DNA from: Patescibacteria group bacterium
GTDB lineage: Bacteria > Patescibacteriota > Patescibacteriia > Buchananbacterales > SURF-54
Direction of reading: 5' to 3'
Assembly (NCBI GenBank): GCA_018818885.1
Contig: JAHIRB010000021.1
Coordinates: 12,461 to 76,460, forward strand
DNA: 64,000 bases
The notes beneath the pieces are model-generated. The model saw nothing but the letters and a program-made list of their open reading frames with translations, did not search any database and was not told the DNA's origin. Below, one piece after another: positions 38,346 through 49,225 of the stretch; within the stretch, counting starts at the first letter, position 1; every line of letters begins with the position of its first letter. Position numbers and translations under genes: made by a program.

Positions 38346-39761
38346 TTATGTATTTGTTTGGCTAGGATCAATTTTTATTAGTCTTACTTCAAGCGAAACT
38401 AATAGTATCAATAAACCCTGAATCAAATAATAATAGTTAACAAAACCTCTTTTGATTAAGAACAGCGCAAACAAGAATAGGGTAATAGAATGAATTATTG
38501 TAACGATATCTCTATTTTTATTGATTTGATACATCAAAAAGCAAAATAACGCTAATAGTATTGGTAAATACACCGTGGGAGGGATTATATAATTGAAATG
38601 AATCTTGCTGATTGTCATAAATGATATCGAATGTAAAGCGTCATTCATCTGTAATTGATGCAAAAATACATCTGAAACAAAATCCCAAAAATTCCATAGA
38701 AGAAAGGGTATGACAAATATTAATACTGTGACCGTAGATACGATTATTTTTTTTATATTTATATCTTTTAAAAATAACAAAAATGGTACAAAGGCAAACA
38801 TTGTCTGTTTAGTTGCTAATGATATCCCAAAAGCAATATAAGGAAGGTACTTAAAATTATATATATATAGATAAATAGCAAGATAGAAAAACAAAAGTGA
38901 AAGAGGCTCAACCCAAGTTTTTTCCATAACTAAAAGATTCAAAGGTAAATATAAAACAAATAATGCTAATATCTCTGCCATTTCTTTATTCTCTCGATTT
39001 CCATTTTTTACAATTGAATAGATGATTAAAGACATGCCAAAAAAGCAATACATTAATATAACTCTTGGATCAGAAAATAAAAATCTAAAAAGGACAGAAA
39101 AAATTAAAGTCGCGGGCATGTATGCGTATTTATCATTCTTACAATCTGCATCATTATAAATTTCTAGGCATGCTTCCTTGGGATAAGGGTTAAGAAACTC
39201 AGCGCTATAAGGATTTTCTCCTTGCATTAAAGACTCTGCGCCTCCTCCAATTGCCCAATAAACATCTATCCAGGGACCCGTACTATAAGCCATTACTCCA
39301 AGACGCAAAATAAAAGCTATGGTTAGTAAATATATGAATTTGTATTTATAAATGTGCTTTATAATTTTTTTCAATGGTGACCATCTAACTTCAAATTTTA
39401 CATAATAAAAAATAAAAAATAAAATTGCCAAAAATTTAAAATGGAAAAAATCAGAAAATGCAATCTTACCAAAAGTTGCTTCTTCAATCATGTCATAATG
39501 AAAAAACAAAATAATATTAATTAAAAATGCTATCTTAATTAAGTGTATAACTTCAATATTATTTTTTATTATTGCATACCGCTTTAAAAAAGGTAAAAAT
39601 AATATTAACCATGCTAATGCAAGAATGTAAACTTGTACGGGATATTCATACATACCTCGTAGAAGTGTATGTCCGACTAAAATAATTATCAAGGCGATAG
39701 TAAAATAAATTATTCTATTATTATCTTTATGGGGTGTGTTTTGTTTATTGTCGTTAAACAT
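38346..39761 (-). CDS. GT87-like membrane glycosyltransferase
   Basis: IDVY...GENPY, YAYMP, DPR, WVEP, ATKQ, FVNYY. Confidence 0.78.
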   Translation of the reverse strand: MFNDNKQNTPHKDNNRIIYFTIALIIILVGHTLLRGMYEYPVQVYILALAWLILFLPFLKRYAIIKNNIEVIHLIKIAFLINIILFFHYDMIEEATFGKIAFSDFFHFKFLAILFFIFYYVKFEVRWSPLKKIIKHIYKYKFIYLLTIAFILRLGVMAYSTGPWIDVYWAIGGGAESLMQGENPYSAEFLNPYPKEACLEIYNDADCKNDKYAYMPATLIFSVLFRFLFSDPRVILMYCFFGMSLIIYSIVKNGNRENKEMAEILALFVLYLPLNLLVMEKTWVEPLSLLFFYLAIYLYIYNFKYLPYIAFGISLATKQTMFAFVPFLLFLKDINIKKIIVSTVTVLIFVIPFLLWNFWDFVSDVFLHQLQMNDALHSISFMTISKIHFNYIIPPTVYLPILLALFCFLMYQINKNRDIVTIIHSITLFLFALFLIKRGFVNYYYLIQGLLILLVSLEVRLIKIDPSQTNT

Positions 39762-40395
39762 AATGGTTAGAAATATTTTCTTTTTTCTTTTCTATAATGA
39801 AAGTTGGTGATAATAAACCAACTAATTTTTTTATTTTAAACTTAATAATACAATATGGAAAATATCCAAAAATGCTTGCATGAGGAAATAATATTTTTAT
39901 ATCCCTTAAATTAAAAAAATGTTTGTGTCCAATATTTTGTAACTTATTTGGTTTAATACCCAACCAATGGAAAAGTTTCATCAGAAAAAAATAGCTATTG
40001 GGTGTTGTCAATATTAATTTTCCATTCAATTTCATAACTCTATTAAACTCTTTGATTGAGTCTTTGGGAGAATTTAAATGCTCAAGCACTTCTGTTGCCC
40101 ACACTATATCAAAAGTAAAATCTTCAAATGGTAAACCTTTATTAACATCTACCCTTTGACAATCTTTATACATCTTTTCCTTATCAATAGAAATAACTCT
40201 AAATCCACTTTGTTTTAATATTTCCGACCAATAACCTTCTCTACAACCGACATCTAAAACAATTTTACCTTTACCTTGCCCAACCAAACTTAAAGCAATT
40301 AATTTACCCTTAGTTATTTTTGCCATTTTCTCTTGTGCTAAATCAATGGGTATTTTTTTTAACAGCTGTAATGATTTGTTTATTATTTTAAGCAT
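39754..40395 (-). CDS. class I SAM-dependent methyltransferase
   Basis: VLDVGCREG, EVLEHL, LTTPN. Confidence 0.9.
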   Translation of the reverse strand: MLKIINKSLQLLKKIPIDLAQEKMAKITKGKLIALSLVGQGKGKIVLDVGCREGYWSEILKQSGFRVISIDKEKMYKDCQRVDVNKGLPFEDFTFDIVWATEVLEHLNSPKDSIKEFNRVMKLNGKLILTTPNSYFFLMKLFHWLGIKPNKLQNIGHKHFFNLRDIKILFPHASIFGYFPYCIIKFKIKKLVGLLSPTFIIEKKKENISNHYV

Positions 40396-41785
40396 GGTTT
40401 AACTTACCATTATTATCTTTTACCCAATATTTCCTTAATATTATTATACCAGGCAAAATCAATAATAAAAACATGCTGATATAAGTAAAAGTTAAAGTAT
40501 AGCCAGCAAAAAAAATAGCTGTCAAAATAACAAAAATCATATATGAATTCTTTTTACTTTCAAGTATTAATAATGGACCGATCCAAATAAAATACCAGGG
40601 ATGAATTTTGACTGAAAATATTAAAAATACTACTGCAAATACTACTAGGGTCTTGATTAAAGAAATATTTTTTTTTAAAAATAATTTTGTAATAGTAAAT
40701 AAATAAATTAATATTGATAGCTGTTTGCTAAACAAAAGAAGCATATCTGAATCAAATTTTATGTTAATTAAAGTATTAAATAATAATATGATACTAAAAA
40801 TCAAGACGGGAACCAGCGAAATATTAAATTTCCAAATAAAACCTTGGCTAAAGTATATAATATCTTTAAATATACTAAACCCATTCCAAAAAGGTAGAAA
40901 AAATAATATTAACAGACCAAAAACCAAAATTACGTTTTTTATTGTAAAATATATTTTCTCCTTTATGCTTGGATATTTTCTTAACAAAAGTATGTAGAAA
41001 ATTGGAAAAAAAATAAATGTGATGTATTTAATCAAGATTGATAATACTACCATAGGCAAAACCAACATTTTTTTTTCAACAATAAAAAAATAAACCGCCA
41101 ATACTAAAAAAAATATCATCACTATATCGTTATGCCCATTATTTATTGTCTCAAAAAGTATCAATGGATTCCAGGCAAAGAGAAATGTACCAAAATATTT
41201 ATACGAGTCTGCAATTTTTTCTAAAATTTTGTATACTAAAAAAATTAAAGCAAAATTAACTATTGCTAAAAATATTTTAAATAGAAAAATACTGGCCACT
41301 AAAGTATATGATGTGATAAATCCAGGCAAAATTGAAATTAATAACCATAACGGGCCATATGTCATTTGCTCATTAACGCATGTATAAGTAGAAGGCGAAT
41401 TTTGGCAATCAATAGTTGTAGAAACCGCAAACGGGTTTAAGCCATAAAAAGAAAAAGATTTCACCTTATAAAAATTATGGAAAATATCTATGGAAGAAGT
41501 GGGCTGCGCAAATATTAATATTAAACTAAAAACTACCGTAAATAATATAACAACTTTAAACTGATGATTAGTAATTTTTTTATCTTTAATCCAAAAAAAT
41601 AAAAAAATATAAGTAAGTGATATTAGAATTAGCCAGAGATCAAAAATATAAAGTAAAATTTTGTTTTCGGATTGAAACAGCCCAAACATTGTAACATCAC
41701 TCACATAAGAAAAAAATAAAATGAATAAATATAAAATTATAAATAAAGTACCAAAAAATATTATTCTACGAGTTAAATGTTTCAT
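40388..41785 (-). CDS. MptA/MptB-like polyprenol-phosphomannose-dependent mannosyltransferase (GT-C)
   Basis: SIDI, YGPLW, AWNPL, GHND, HPWY; ATG 41785 preferred. Confidence 0.8.
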   Translation of the reverse strand: MKHLTRRIIFFGTLFIILYLFILFFSYVSDVTMFGLFQSENKILLYIFDLWLILISLTYIFLFFWIKDKKITNHQFKVVILFTVVFSLILIFAQPTSSIDIFHNFYKVKSFSFYGLNPFAVSTTIDCQNSPSTYTCVNEQMTYGPLWLLISILPGFITSYTLVASIFLFKIFLAIVNFALIFLVYKILEKIADSYKYFGTFLFAWNPLILFETINNGHNDIVMIFFLVLAVYFFIVEKKMLVLPMVVLSILIKYITFIFFPIFYILLLRKYPSIKEKIYFTIKNVILVFGLLILFFLPFWNGFSIFKDIIYFSQGFIWKFNISLVPVLIFSIILLFNTLINIKFDSDMLLLFSKQLSILIYLFTITKLFLKKNISLIKTLVVFAVVFLIFSVKIHPWYFIWIGPLLILESKKNSYMIFVILTAIFFAGYTLTFTYISMFLLLILPGIIILRKYWVKDNNGKLNHA

Positions 41786-41790
41786 AAATG

Positions 41791-42420
41791 TTATCTCTTG
41801 ATAAAAACTGCCAAAACCCACATGCCAAGATGAGTTTTTTGAATAGTTACTTTTTCAAATCCTGCGCGAACAAATGCTTGCATGTTTTCTTCAAACGATT
41901 CATGAACATGCTGATCATTTAAATTTTTTGCTGCTAACTTCACCCAAAAATACCAAATCACTTTAAAGAATATATTTTCTGCTGGTAAACCAACTATTAA
42001 ATATCCATCTGGTTTTAATACTCTTTTAAGCTCTTTTATTGCATTATTGATATTTGGGATATGCTCTAAAACGTCAAAAGCTGATACAAAATCAAAGCTA
42101 TTATCTCTAAATGGGACATTAGAAGAAATATCGCCACTTATAAAATTTATTGATGGAAATCTTTGTTTCGCATATCCAATAGCATCTTTGGAAAGATCCA
42201 TTCCGGTTATGGAACAATTAAAATTTTTCTTTAAAATGATTGTCAAATCACCGCTGTGGCAACCAGCATCTAATACGTCCCCCGAAAAATCAATTTTTTT
42301 CAGTTCTTTAATGATTAACTTAAAACGCTTTTGATGCCAGTATTTCTGAAAAAAATTACTTTCGATCCCTTTTTGAAACCAATCATGTGGAATTTCTTTT
42401 GGAGATTTAATATTATTCAT
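41791..42420 (-). CDS. class I SAM-dependent methyltransferase
   Basis: VLDAGCHSG, DVLEHIP, RVLKPDG. Confidence 0.92.
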   Translation of the reverse strand: MNNIKSPKEIPHDWFQKGIESNFFQKYWHQKRFKLIIKELKKIDFSGDVLDAGCHSGDLTIILKKNFNCSITGMDLSKDAIGYAKQRFPSINFISGDISSNVPFRDNSFDFVSAFDVLEHIPNINNAIKELKRVLKPDGYLIVGLPAENIFFKVIWYFWVKLAAKNLNDQHVHESFEENMQAFVRAGFEKVTIQKTHLGMWVLAVFIKR

Positions 42421-42451
42421 TTATTATTTTATTATCCGAAAACATTTAATA

Positions 42452-43819
42452 TTATAAATAGTAATACGACAACAATATCAGTTTAATAAATTGAAATTTA
42501 ATAAGCTCATAGAATAGCGAGAGATTACCCAGTAGTGGAAAAAAAACATATTCTCCTACTCCGATTGCTTTGTATGGGGGACAATTATAAACTTCTATTA
42601 CTCCCACTGCACTAAAAATAAATGAAACGATAAATAAATACAAAATTATTCTTTTATATTGATTCCAATAAGGAGGTTCAAATAAAAAAGCCAAGAAGAA
42701 AATTAAAAATGGTGCTAATCCTATATAATAACGAAAGCCATATGAAGTGCCTCCAAAATTACCTGTTTTAACTACATAAAAAGTTGTCAAAATTATAAAC
42801 CCAATCAACACTAATAATGCTTCGTGCCAATACTTATGTTTCTTATACAAGATAATCTTAAATACTACTATAAAAGACAAAATAAGTATGGGTGTATATA
42901 ATAGTAAGCCATGAGTCCCTAATAAAATATGAAATAAATATTCAAACTTATTTTGATGCAACGTGTCTATACCACGTGGATTAGCCCAGTAATCAACAAA
43001 TTCTATCGTTCTACTATCAATATGCAAATGAAAGAAAGATTTAAACAATTTATAATTTATAATGATTTGCGACAACAAAAACGGCGTGCTACCTACTACA
43101 TAAAATAATATATCTTTGATCTTTCTTGTTTGATGCAAATACATTACAAAAAATACTAGCAAAAATATACCACCTAGCGGAATATCAATCACTGCTGCCC
43201 AAGATACAAATAATCCAGATAAAAATAAATTTAATGATTTTTTTCCCTCATTGTGTTTTTGCTTCAAATAATAATAAAAACCGATAAACAGCAGGGCGCC
43301 CGCAATAGTGTGATTATTAAAAGTTGTTGAATACGGAAGATAAAAAGTACCCAAGCCTAAAATTAAAGTCAAATATAACCTATGTATTGGTTTAATTTCT
43401 AACCATCTAGTAGACAAGAAAAAGTACCAGAGTAATATCAACGTACTGCCCCCTATAATAAAAAGCGTCAGCCAATAATAAGCATTTCTTTTAGTGGCAG
43501 AGTGAAAGTCTAAATTAAAAAAATCGTGCAACACCGTATAAACACCCGTTCCCATTATAGTTAATACTGCTGGCTTAGAAGAATATAGATTACCTTGATA
43601 AATTACTTTATCAACCGTTAATTGCCCAAAATGAGATTCATCAATAACCCACGTGTTTCGTTCTACTAATGATTCAATGGTGGCAATTCGAGATTGATCA
43701 TTGGCGTTATGTGGAAATGGCCTGGTAAAAATTACTAAAATTACCAACATTAAAAATAGGATCTTGGCTACTTGATCGTATTCTGATTTAAATTTTTTTA
43801 TATTGTTTTTTAATTTCAT
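42452..43819 (-). CDS. polytopic membrane protein, putative GT-C
   Basis: NDQSRIATIESLVE, YSSKP, FNNH, GGTSYGFRY. Confidence 0.75.
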   Translation of the reverse strand: MKLKNNIKKFKSEYDQVAKILFLMLVILVIFTRPFPHNANDQSRIATIESLVERNTWVIDESHFGQLTVDKVIYQGNLYSSKPAVLTIMGTGVYTVLHDFFNLDFHSATKRNAYYWLTLFIIGGSTLILLWYFFLSTRWLEIKPIHRLYLTLILGLGTFYLPYSTTFNNHTIAGALLFIGFYYYLKQKHNEGKKSLNLFLSGLFVSWAAVIDIPLGGIFLLVFFVMYLHQTRKIKDILFYVVGSTPFLLSQIIINYKLFKSFFHLHIDSRTIEFVDYWANPRGIDTLHQNKFEYLFHILLGTHGLLLYTPILILSFIVVFKIILYKKHKYWHEALLVLIGFIILTTFYVVKTGNFGGTSYGFRYYIGLAPFLIFFLAFLFEPPYWNQYKRIILYLFIVSFIFSAVGVIEVYNCPPYKAIGVGEYVFFPLLGNLSLFYELIKFQFIKLILLSYYYL

Positions 43820-43835
43820 TATTAAATTATATTAC

Positions 43836-44630
43836 TTATTTGCTCACTAGATAATATATACTAGTAGTAAAAAAGTCTCTTAAAATTGGCACTGATCGCA
43901 CTATCTTGAATTGTTTTCTTACCTTTAAACCAAATTTGTATTTATAGATCGGATTGATCAAAAATAATTCTTTTTCAACAATTTTTAAATTATTACTATC
44001 CAATATTTTCTCAAAAGCATCAATGGATATCCCGTCATGTTTGATTCTCAATAAACGACTAATAAGATCCTGATCTTCATTAAAAATATTTAACATTAAT
44101 TTGTAAAGAAATACGGGTAATAGATGAAAGTATGGCAACCTGGAAAGTATTCGACTTTGGCATCCTTGTTGATGTCCACCAAAGGGCATATGCCAAGGCG
44201 GAAAACAAATAAAAATCTTACCATTTGGTTTTATGATATTTAATATATGTCCGATAAAAATATGTTTTTTTTCTACATGTTCAATCGTATCTTTAAGAAT
44301 AATCAAGTCAAAGTTATGGCTAAATTCTTTTTGAAAATTTTCTTTGGTAATGTCTATATTTAATAATTTTATATTTTGCTTTGGTTGGTTAACATCTAAT
44401 AAACCTTTTGCGGCCAGCAGACGCTCCTTGTCTAAATCGACTCCTACAACACTACAACCTATTTCCATAAATGGCTGAATACTTCCTCCAAAACCACACC
44501 CAATATCTACTACTTTTATTTTACGATTAATTTTTAAACTTTTTTCTATAAAAGGTATTATAAAATTCTTGGTTGTTAGTTTTTGATGTTCAAAATATAT
44601 TTTTTCATTATGATGAAAATAACAAGTCAT
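43836..44630 (-). CDS. class I SAM-dependent methyltransferase
   Basis: VDIGCGFGG, DTIEHV, FPPWHMPFGGHQ. Confidence 0.9.
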   Translation of the reverse strand: MTCYFHHNEKIYFEHQKLTTKNFIIPFIEKSLKINRKIKVVDIGCGFGGSIQPFMEIGCSVVGVDLDKERLLAAKGLLDVNQPKQNIKLLNIDITKENFQKEFSHNFDLIILKDTIEHVEKKHIFIGHILNIIKPNGKIFICFPPWHMPFGGHQQGCQSRILSRLPYFHLLPVFLYKLMLNIFNEDQDLISRLLRIKHDGISIDAFEKILDSNNLKIVEKELFLINPIYKYKFGLKVRKQFKIVRSVPILRDFFTTSIYYLVSK

Positions 44631-44657
44631 AATTGCACATTATTAATATTACACTAT

Positions 44658-45440
44658 TCAATCTTTGCGCAGAAGCCAAACATAAGAAGGAAATATCCAA
44701 TAGTTGGTTCTTAATAAAAATATGCCAGCTTTCTGCTTAAATGAATTAGATTTTAGCATATCTATTGCCTCGAATTTTTCTGGATTTTTTGTAATTTTAA
44801 TTGTGTAATCAATTATCCTAAATTTGCTGACTATTTTTCTTAGACCCCAGTAAGTAAGTAAATTTTCGTAATAATGTTTTCCTTTTTTTGTAAGACGTAA
44901 ATATAAACTAGATATTGGTTTAGGAAAAATAGACAATAAAGGTAGTTTATAATGTTCTTCTATAAGTTTAATTCGATTACCTGCTGCAAAAAAACAAATT
45001 CCTCCTTTTTTTAAGACTCTATTGATTTCATCCATCAAGCGTTGAGCGTTTGGCACATGCTCATAAATTTGCGAACAATTCACAATATCAAATGATCCGT
45101 CAGGAAAATTTAAATTCATCCCATCAGAAACATAATAGTTTGCGTTATTTAACATTCTATTATGTTGTGCATATTCAACAGCACTCTTGTCAATATCAAT
45201 CCCTACAACTTCTCTAAAGTTCCTAGCTAAATAATTAGATATTATCCCCGTAGAACATCCTACATCTAATAATTTTTTATCACGTAAATCTCCATGGTAA
45301 TAATCCGCCAAAACTGCTATAATTTTTTTTGCCTTTTGTTCTCTGCCAGAGATATTATACATCTCTTTTCCATGCATTTGAGAAAAATTGTGCTGATATT
45401 GATATTTATCTTCCATACAAATTAGAATATAATTTCTCAA
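44658..45440 (-). CDS. class I SAM-dependent methyltransferase
   Basis: LLDVGCSTG, QIYEHVP, RVLKKGG. Confidence 0.9.
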   Translation of the reverse strand: MRNYILICMEDKYQYQHNFSQMHGKEMYNISGREQKAKKIIAVLADYYHGDLRDKKLLDVGCSTGIISNYLARNFREVVGIDIDKSAVEYAQHNRMLNNANYYVSDGMNLNFPDGSFDIVNCSQIYEHVPNAQRLMDEINRVLKKGGICFFAAGNRIKLIEEHYKLPLLSIFPKPISSLYLRLTKKGKHYYENLLTYWGLRKIVSKFRIIDYTIKITKNPEKFEAIDMLKSNSFKQKAGIFLLRTNYWIFPSYVWLLRKD

Positions 45441-45448
45441 TTTTAAAA

Positions 45449-46204
45449 TTAATAATTTTTCGCTTTAATAATAATCAATTTGGCATTACTATTGTATTTT
45501 AAAAATTTCGTAATGATCATATCAAAATAAAAAATTGGTTTTAAAAAAAATTTTTCAAAATACTTATTTTTAAACAATAAATAACTAGGGCTTCTATTAA
45601 ACAAAAAATATATCGGTCGAATACTAACAATTTCTAATCCTTGCTCTGCTAATATTTTATTATAAAAACTTTTCGATCTAAATTTAACATGCTTTTGAAA
45701 ATGGATGGTAAAGCAGCCTAATGTATCGGTAATAATAATATAACCATCATCCTGTACTAATTTTTTGATGTTGCTTATTGATTGATTGAAAGCATCATCT
45801 TCGATTATATGAAAAAGAACATTATACGCTGTAACTATATCAAATTTCTTATTCTCAAGATCAGCCGGTAGATTCTTACTTATGTCAAATTGATAATATT
45901 GATTCTGCGGATATATTTTTTTTAATTTACTAACTGCATATTCCGAAATATCTGTTCCCACTACTTTAGCTGCGCCAAGTTGTTTAAAATAATTATCAAA
46001 ATATCCAACGCCAGATGCAATATTGATTACTTCTTTATTTTGAATAACAATACCAAGCTTATTGAATAATCTGATGGTAGCAATTTCTTGTAATCTATAG
46101 AGGTATTGATTATATCTTTTTGAAAACGAACGATTGCCCACACCTTGCAAATCAAAACTCTTCTTTAGCCGTTCGTTCCAAAAATTTTCATTACTGTAAC
46201 CCAT
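45449..46204 (-). CDS. class I SAM-dependent methyltransferase
   Basis: INIASGVG, GTDIS, NVLFHI. Confidence 0.85.
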   Translation of the reverse strand: MGYSNENFWNERLKKSFDLQGVGNRSFSKRYNQYLYRLQEIATIRLFNKLGIVIQNKEVINIASGVGYFDNYFKQLGAAKVVGTDISEYAVSKLKKIYPQNQYYQFDISKNLPADLENKKFDIVTAYNVLFHIIEDDAFNQSISNIKKLVQDDGYIIITDTLGCFTIHFQKHVKFRSKSFYNKILAEQGLEIVSIRPIYFLFNRSPSYLLFKNKYFEKFFLKPIFYFDMIITKFLKYNSNAKLIIIKAKNY

Positions 46205-46218
46205 AGAAAAAATTAACT

Positions 46219-47400
46219 TTACAAATTAAAATATAGTTTTTCGATCTTTGATATCAAAGATTTTTTTGAATAATTATCGTCTACTAATCTCCTGGCATTA
46301 TTAATAAGGTGATCTGATAATTCCGAATTTTTAATTAATCTTGATAATTGCTTGGCTAAATCACTACTTGATCCTGCTTTAAATAATAAACCTGTTTTTT
46401 CATTTATTACTAACTCTGGTATCCCGCCTGAAGCTGCTGCGACGACAGCACACTTACTTGCCATGGCCTCGGCTATGACCATGCCTAAACCCTCTTCCCT
46501 TGATGGCAATACAAAAATATCTGATTTATCATAATATTGATATATCTGACTATGTGGTACCGAACCGACAAATTTGATCCGACCACCAATTTTTAAACCA
46601 GCAACTAATTCTTCTAGATAATTTTTTTGTGGGCCTGACCCCACTATTACAGCCTTTACATCAAAACTTTGATCTAATAATATCTTTATTGCTTTGATAA
46701 AAGTCTTAAAATCTTTTTTGGGGATTAAAGACCCGACACCTAAGATTGCATGTACTATGGCATTATTCTTTGTTTTATTATCTTTTAAAAAGACATCATT
46801 TAAAGGCATGGGAATAGTAATAATTTTAGCACTATTCTCTGGGCTTTTTTCCATAATGACTTGCCCTAAATAGTTGGACACAACTACTATTTTATTAGCT
46901 CTAGTAAAAACTAATTTAGCGAAAAATTTTAATAGTTTACTTTTTCCAAGCAAATAAACATCAGTCCCATGGCAAGTGATTATTAACGGTTTTCTTAATA
47001 TTACTGAAATCAATAACCCAACTAACCCTGCGGGAAACCACCAGTGTGAGTGGATAACATCAACTTTTCTTTTATAGGCAACCCTTAAAGATTTATAAAA
47101 AAAACAAAAAATAAAGCTTAAAAAAACGATTTTATTAGTAAAACTTTTTCTGACTAACTCGTCCATGTTGCCACGATAAGCTAACTTTTGTAAAAAATTA
47201 GGCGCATACTTAAAGCGCCAAATTCTCACTGAATCAATCACTTGATGTTTTGATAAATTCTTATCCATGGGTGCTACTACATCTACCGAAAAACGATCAC
47301 TATTTAAAATCTGACAATAATCCCATAAAAATGGGACTGTAGCATCGTCTTTATTTTTTATAAAGACATGTGATAAGAAACAAATTTTTATTTTCGCCAC
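46219..47400 (-). CDS. GT4 glycosyltransferase
   Basis: HSHWW, TCHGTD, LPSREEGLGMVIAEAMA. Confidence 0.93.
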   Translation of the reverse strand: MAKIKICFLSHVFIKNKDDATVPFLWDYCQILNSDRFSVDVVAPMDKNLSKHQVIDSVRIWRFKYAPNFLQKLAYRGNMDELVRKSFTNKIVFLSFIFCFFYKSLRVAYKRKVDVIHSHWWFPAGLVGLLISVILRKPLIITCHGTDVYLLGKSKLLKFFAKLVFTRANKIVVVSNYLGQVIMEKSPENSAKIITIPMPLNDVFLKDNKTKNNAIVHAILGVGSLIPKKDFKTFIKAIKILLDQSFDVKAVIVGSGPQKNYLEELVAGLKIGGRIKFVGSVPHSQIYQYYDKSDIFVLPSREEGLGMVIAEAMASKCAVVAAASGGIPELVINEKTGLLFKAGSSSDLAKQLSRLIKNSELSDHLINNARRLVDDNYSKKSLISKIEKLYFNL

Positions 47401-47441
47401 AATATATATGTTCTTTATGAAACCACTAAAAAACTTATGGT

Positions 47442-48377
47442 TTACTTATATAATACTTTTTTTATTAAATATTCATGCTTTTTATCTTTTTGTATTATTA
47501 TTTCACTCAACAGTCCCAACGAAATTAACTGAACACCCACTACAATCATTAACACTCCAAATATCAACAAAGGAATCCTTCCTTGAGTTGATCCAGTTAT
47601 AAATTTTAGTAGTGTGACATAAAAATCAGCTATAAAACCGATACTAAAAAACAACAAGCCAAAGCTACCAAAAAAATGTGAAGGTTTTTTTACGTATCTC
47701 GTTAAAAGTAGAACTGTCAACAAATCTAAAATTCCTTCAACAAATCTTTTTATTCCATATTTAGTTTTTCCATATTTCCTGGCGTGATGCTGCACCTTAA
47801 TTTCTGTTACCTTAAAACCTTTATTGCTTGCGATCACTGGCAAAAAACGATGGAGATCGCCGTAAACATCTATTTCTTTAATGACTGTGCTACGATAGGC
47901 CTTAATGCCACAATTAATGTCGTGAAGCTTAACTCCTGTGAGCATTCTGACCATAAAATTAAAAGCTCTTGAAGGGATTGTTTTGGTGATTGGATCATTT
48001 CTTTTTTGTTTCCAACCTGATACTAAATCATAGCCTTCATTGATTTTATTAATGAGGGCAGGAATTTCTTGTGGATCGTCTTGCAAGTCTGCATCCATAG
48101 TAATTATTATTTTACCAATGGCTGTTTTAAAACCAGCTGCCAAAGCTGCTGACTTACCAAAATTTGTCCTAAACCTAATAACTTTTACTCCTTGATTATC
48201 ATTATACAATTCTTCCATCACCTTAAAAGTTCCATCTGTTGACCCATCATCAATAAAAATAATTTCATAGCTTAAATTATTGCTTTGCATGACTTGTTTT
48301 ATTTCTAAGTAGAGCTCACTTATGCTATCTTGCTCATTGTATGTCGGAATTACTATTGAAATCTTTTTTTCTTCCAT
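47442..48377 (-). CDS. GT2 glycosyltransferase (ArnC/GtrB-like, undecaprenyl-phosphate sugar transferase)
   Basis: DDGSTD, NFGKSAAL, MDADLQDDP, LHRFLP, two C-terminal TMs. Confidence 0.92.
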   Translation of the reverse strand: MEEKKISIVIPTYNEQDSISELYLEIKQVMQSNNLSYEIIFIDDGSTDGTFKVMEELYNDNQGVKVIRFRTNFGKSAALAAGFKTAIGKIIITMDADLQDDPQEIPALINKINEGYDLVSGWKQKRNDPITKTIPSRAFNFMVRMLTGVKLHDINCGIKAYRSTVIKEIDVYGDLHRFLPVIASNKGFKVTEIKVQHHARKYGKTKYGIKRFVEGILDLLTVLLLTRYVKKPSHFFGSFGLLFFSIGFIADFYVTLLKFITGSTQGRIPLLIFGVLMIVVGVQLISLGLLSEIIIQKDKKHEYLIKKVLYK

Positions 48378-48378
48378 A

Positions 48379-48499
48379 CCCGGTAGTAGAAATTTAATTA
48401 TTAGGTTAGTATATAATTTGTTTAAAATAATTGTTGATAAATATTATAATTAATTTATCCTGTGCGTGAAATAGCGTTTATTAAATTTCCACTACCGGG
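48379..48499. mobile_element. MITE-like element, 20-bp TIR
   Basis: CCCGGTAGTAGAAATTTAAT ... ATTAAATTTCCACTACCGGG (19/20). Confidence 0.7.
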
Positions 48500-48505
48500 A
48501 TATAT

Positions 48506-49222
48506 TTATCTATTTTTTAATCTCTTTTTTAACTGCCTTAAATTTTTAAAATATGACCAGCTTAAAGCCAGCGGCTGTACCCTGCTTATTCTATTTACTG
48601 GCTCACTCCATTTTACTGGCACTTCTTTTATCTTATAATTTTTTTGTTCGGCTAACAAAACTAATTCGCTATCAAAAAACCATTCGTTATTTTGTACCTG
48701 TGGCAGAATATGGTCTACAACTTTTTTGTTGACTGCTTTAAAACCGCATGGCAAATCTTTTATTTTAGTTTTTACAATTATTCTTGTTGCAACAAAATAT
48801 CCAAAAGAAAATAATTTTCTTAAAAGTGATCTTTTTACTTGGGAGCCTTTCATAAATCTTGAGCCTACTGCCATGTCATAACCTCCTTGATTAATAGCAT
48901 CGACCAAAGGAGGTAGCGACGACAGATCAGTTGCTAGATCTGCATCCATAAAGCAATAAATATCTGCATCAAATTTCTGCCATGCTTTTTTGATAGCAAT
49001 ACCCTTGCCCTTTTCTTCTACAAATAAATATTTGATGTGCTGGTAATCTTGCTCTAGACTCTTTGCTATATACGAGGTAAGGTCGGTAGACTTATTGTCT
49101 GCTATAATAATTTGCCATGTTGATTGCGTGATATTCTGTTTTAAATAATGATGTACGCGCAAAACACTTTCTTTGATAATTTTTTCCTCATTAAACGCTG
49201 GTATAACTATTATTAAATTCAT
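48506..49222 (-). CDS. GT2, dolichyl-phosphate beta-glucosyltransferase-like
   Basis: GKGIAI, FMDADLATD, DLPCGFKA, WFFDSEL, EVPVKW. Confidence 0.9.
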   Translation of the reverse strand: MNLIIVIPAFNEEKIIKESVLRVHHYLKQNITQSTWQIIIADNKSTDLTSYIAKSLEQDYQHIKYLFVEEKGKGIAIKKAWQKFDADIYCFMDADLATDLSSLPPLVDAINQGGYDMAVGSRFMKGSQVKRSLLRKLFSFGYFVATRIIVKTKIKDLPCGFKAVNKKVVDHILPQVQNNEWFFDSELVLLAEQKNYKIKEVPVKWSEPVNRISRVQPLALSWSYFKNLRQLKKRLKNR

Positions 49223-49225
49223 ACT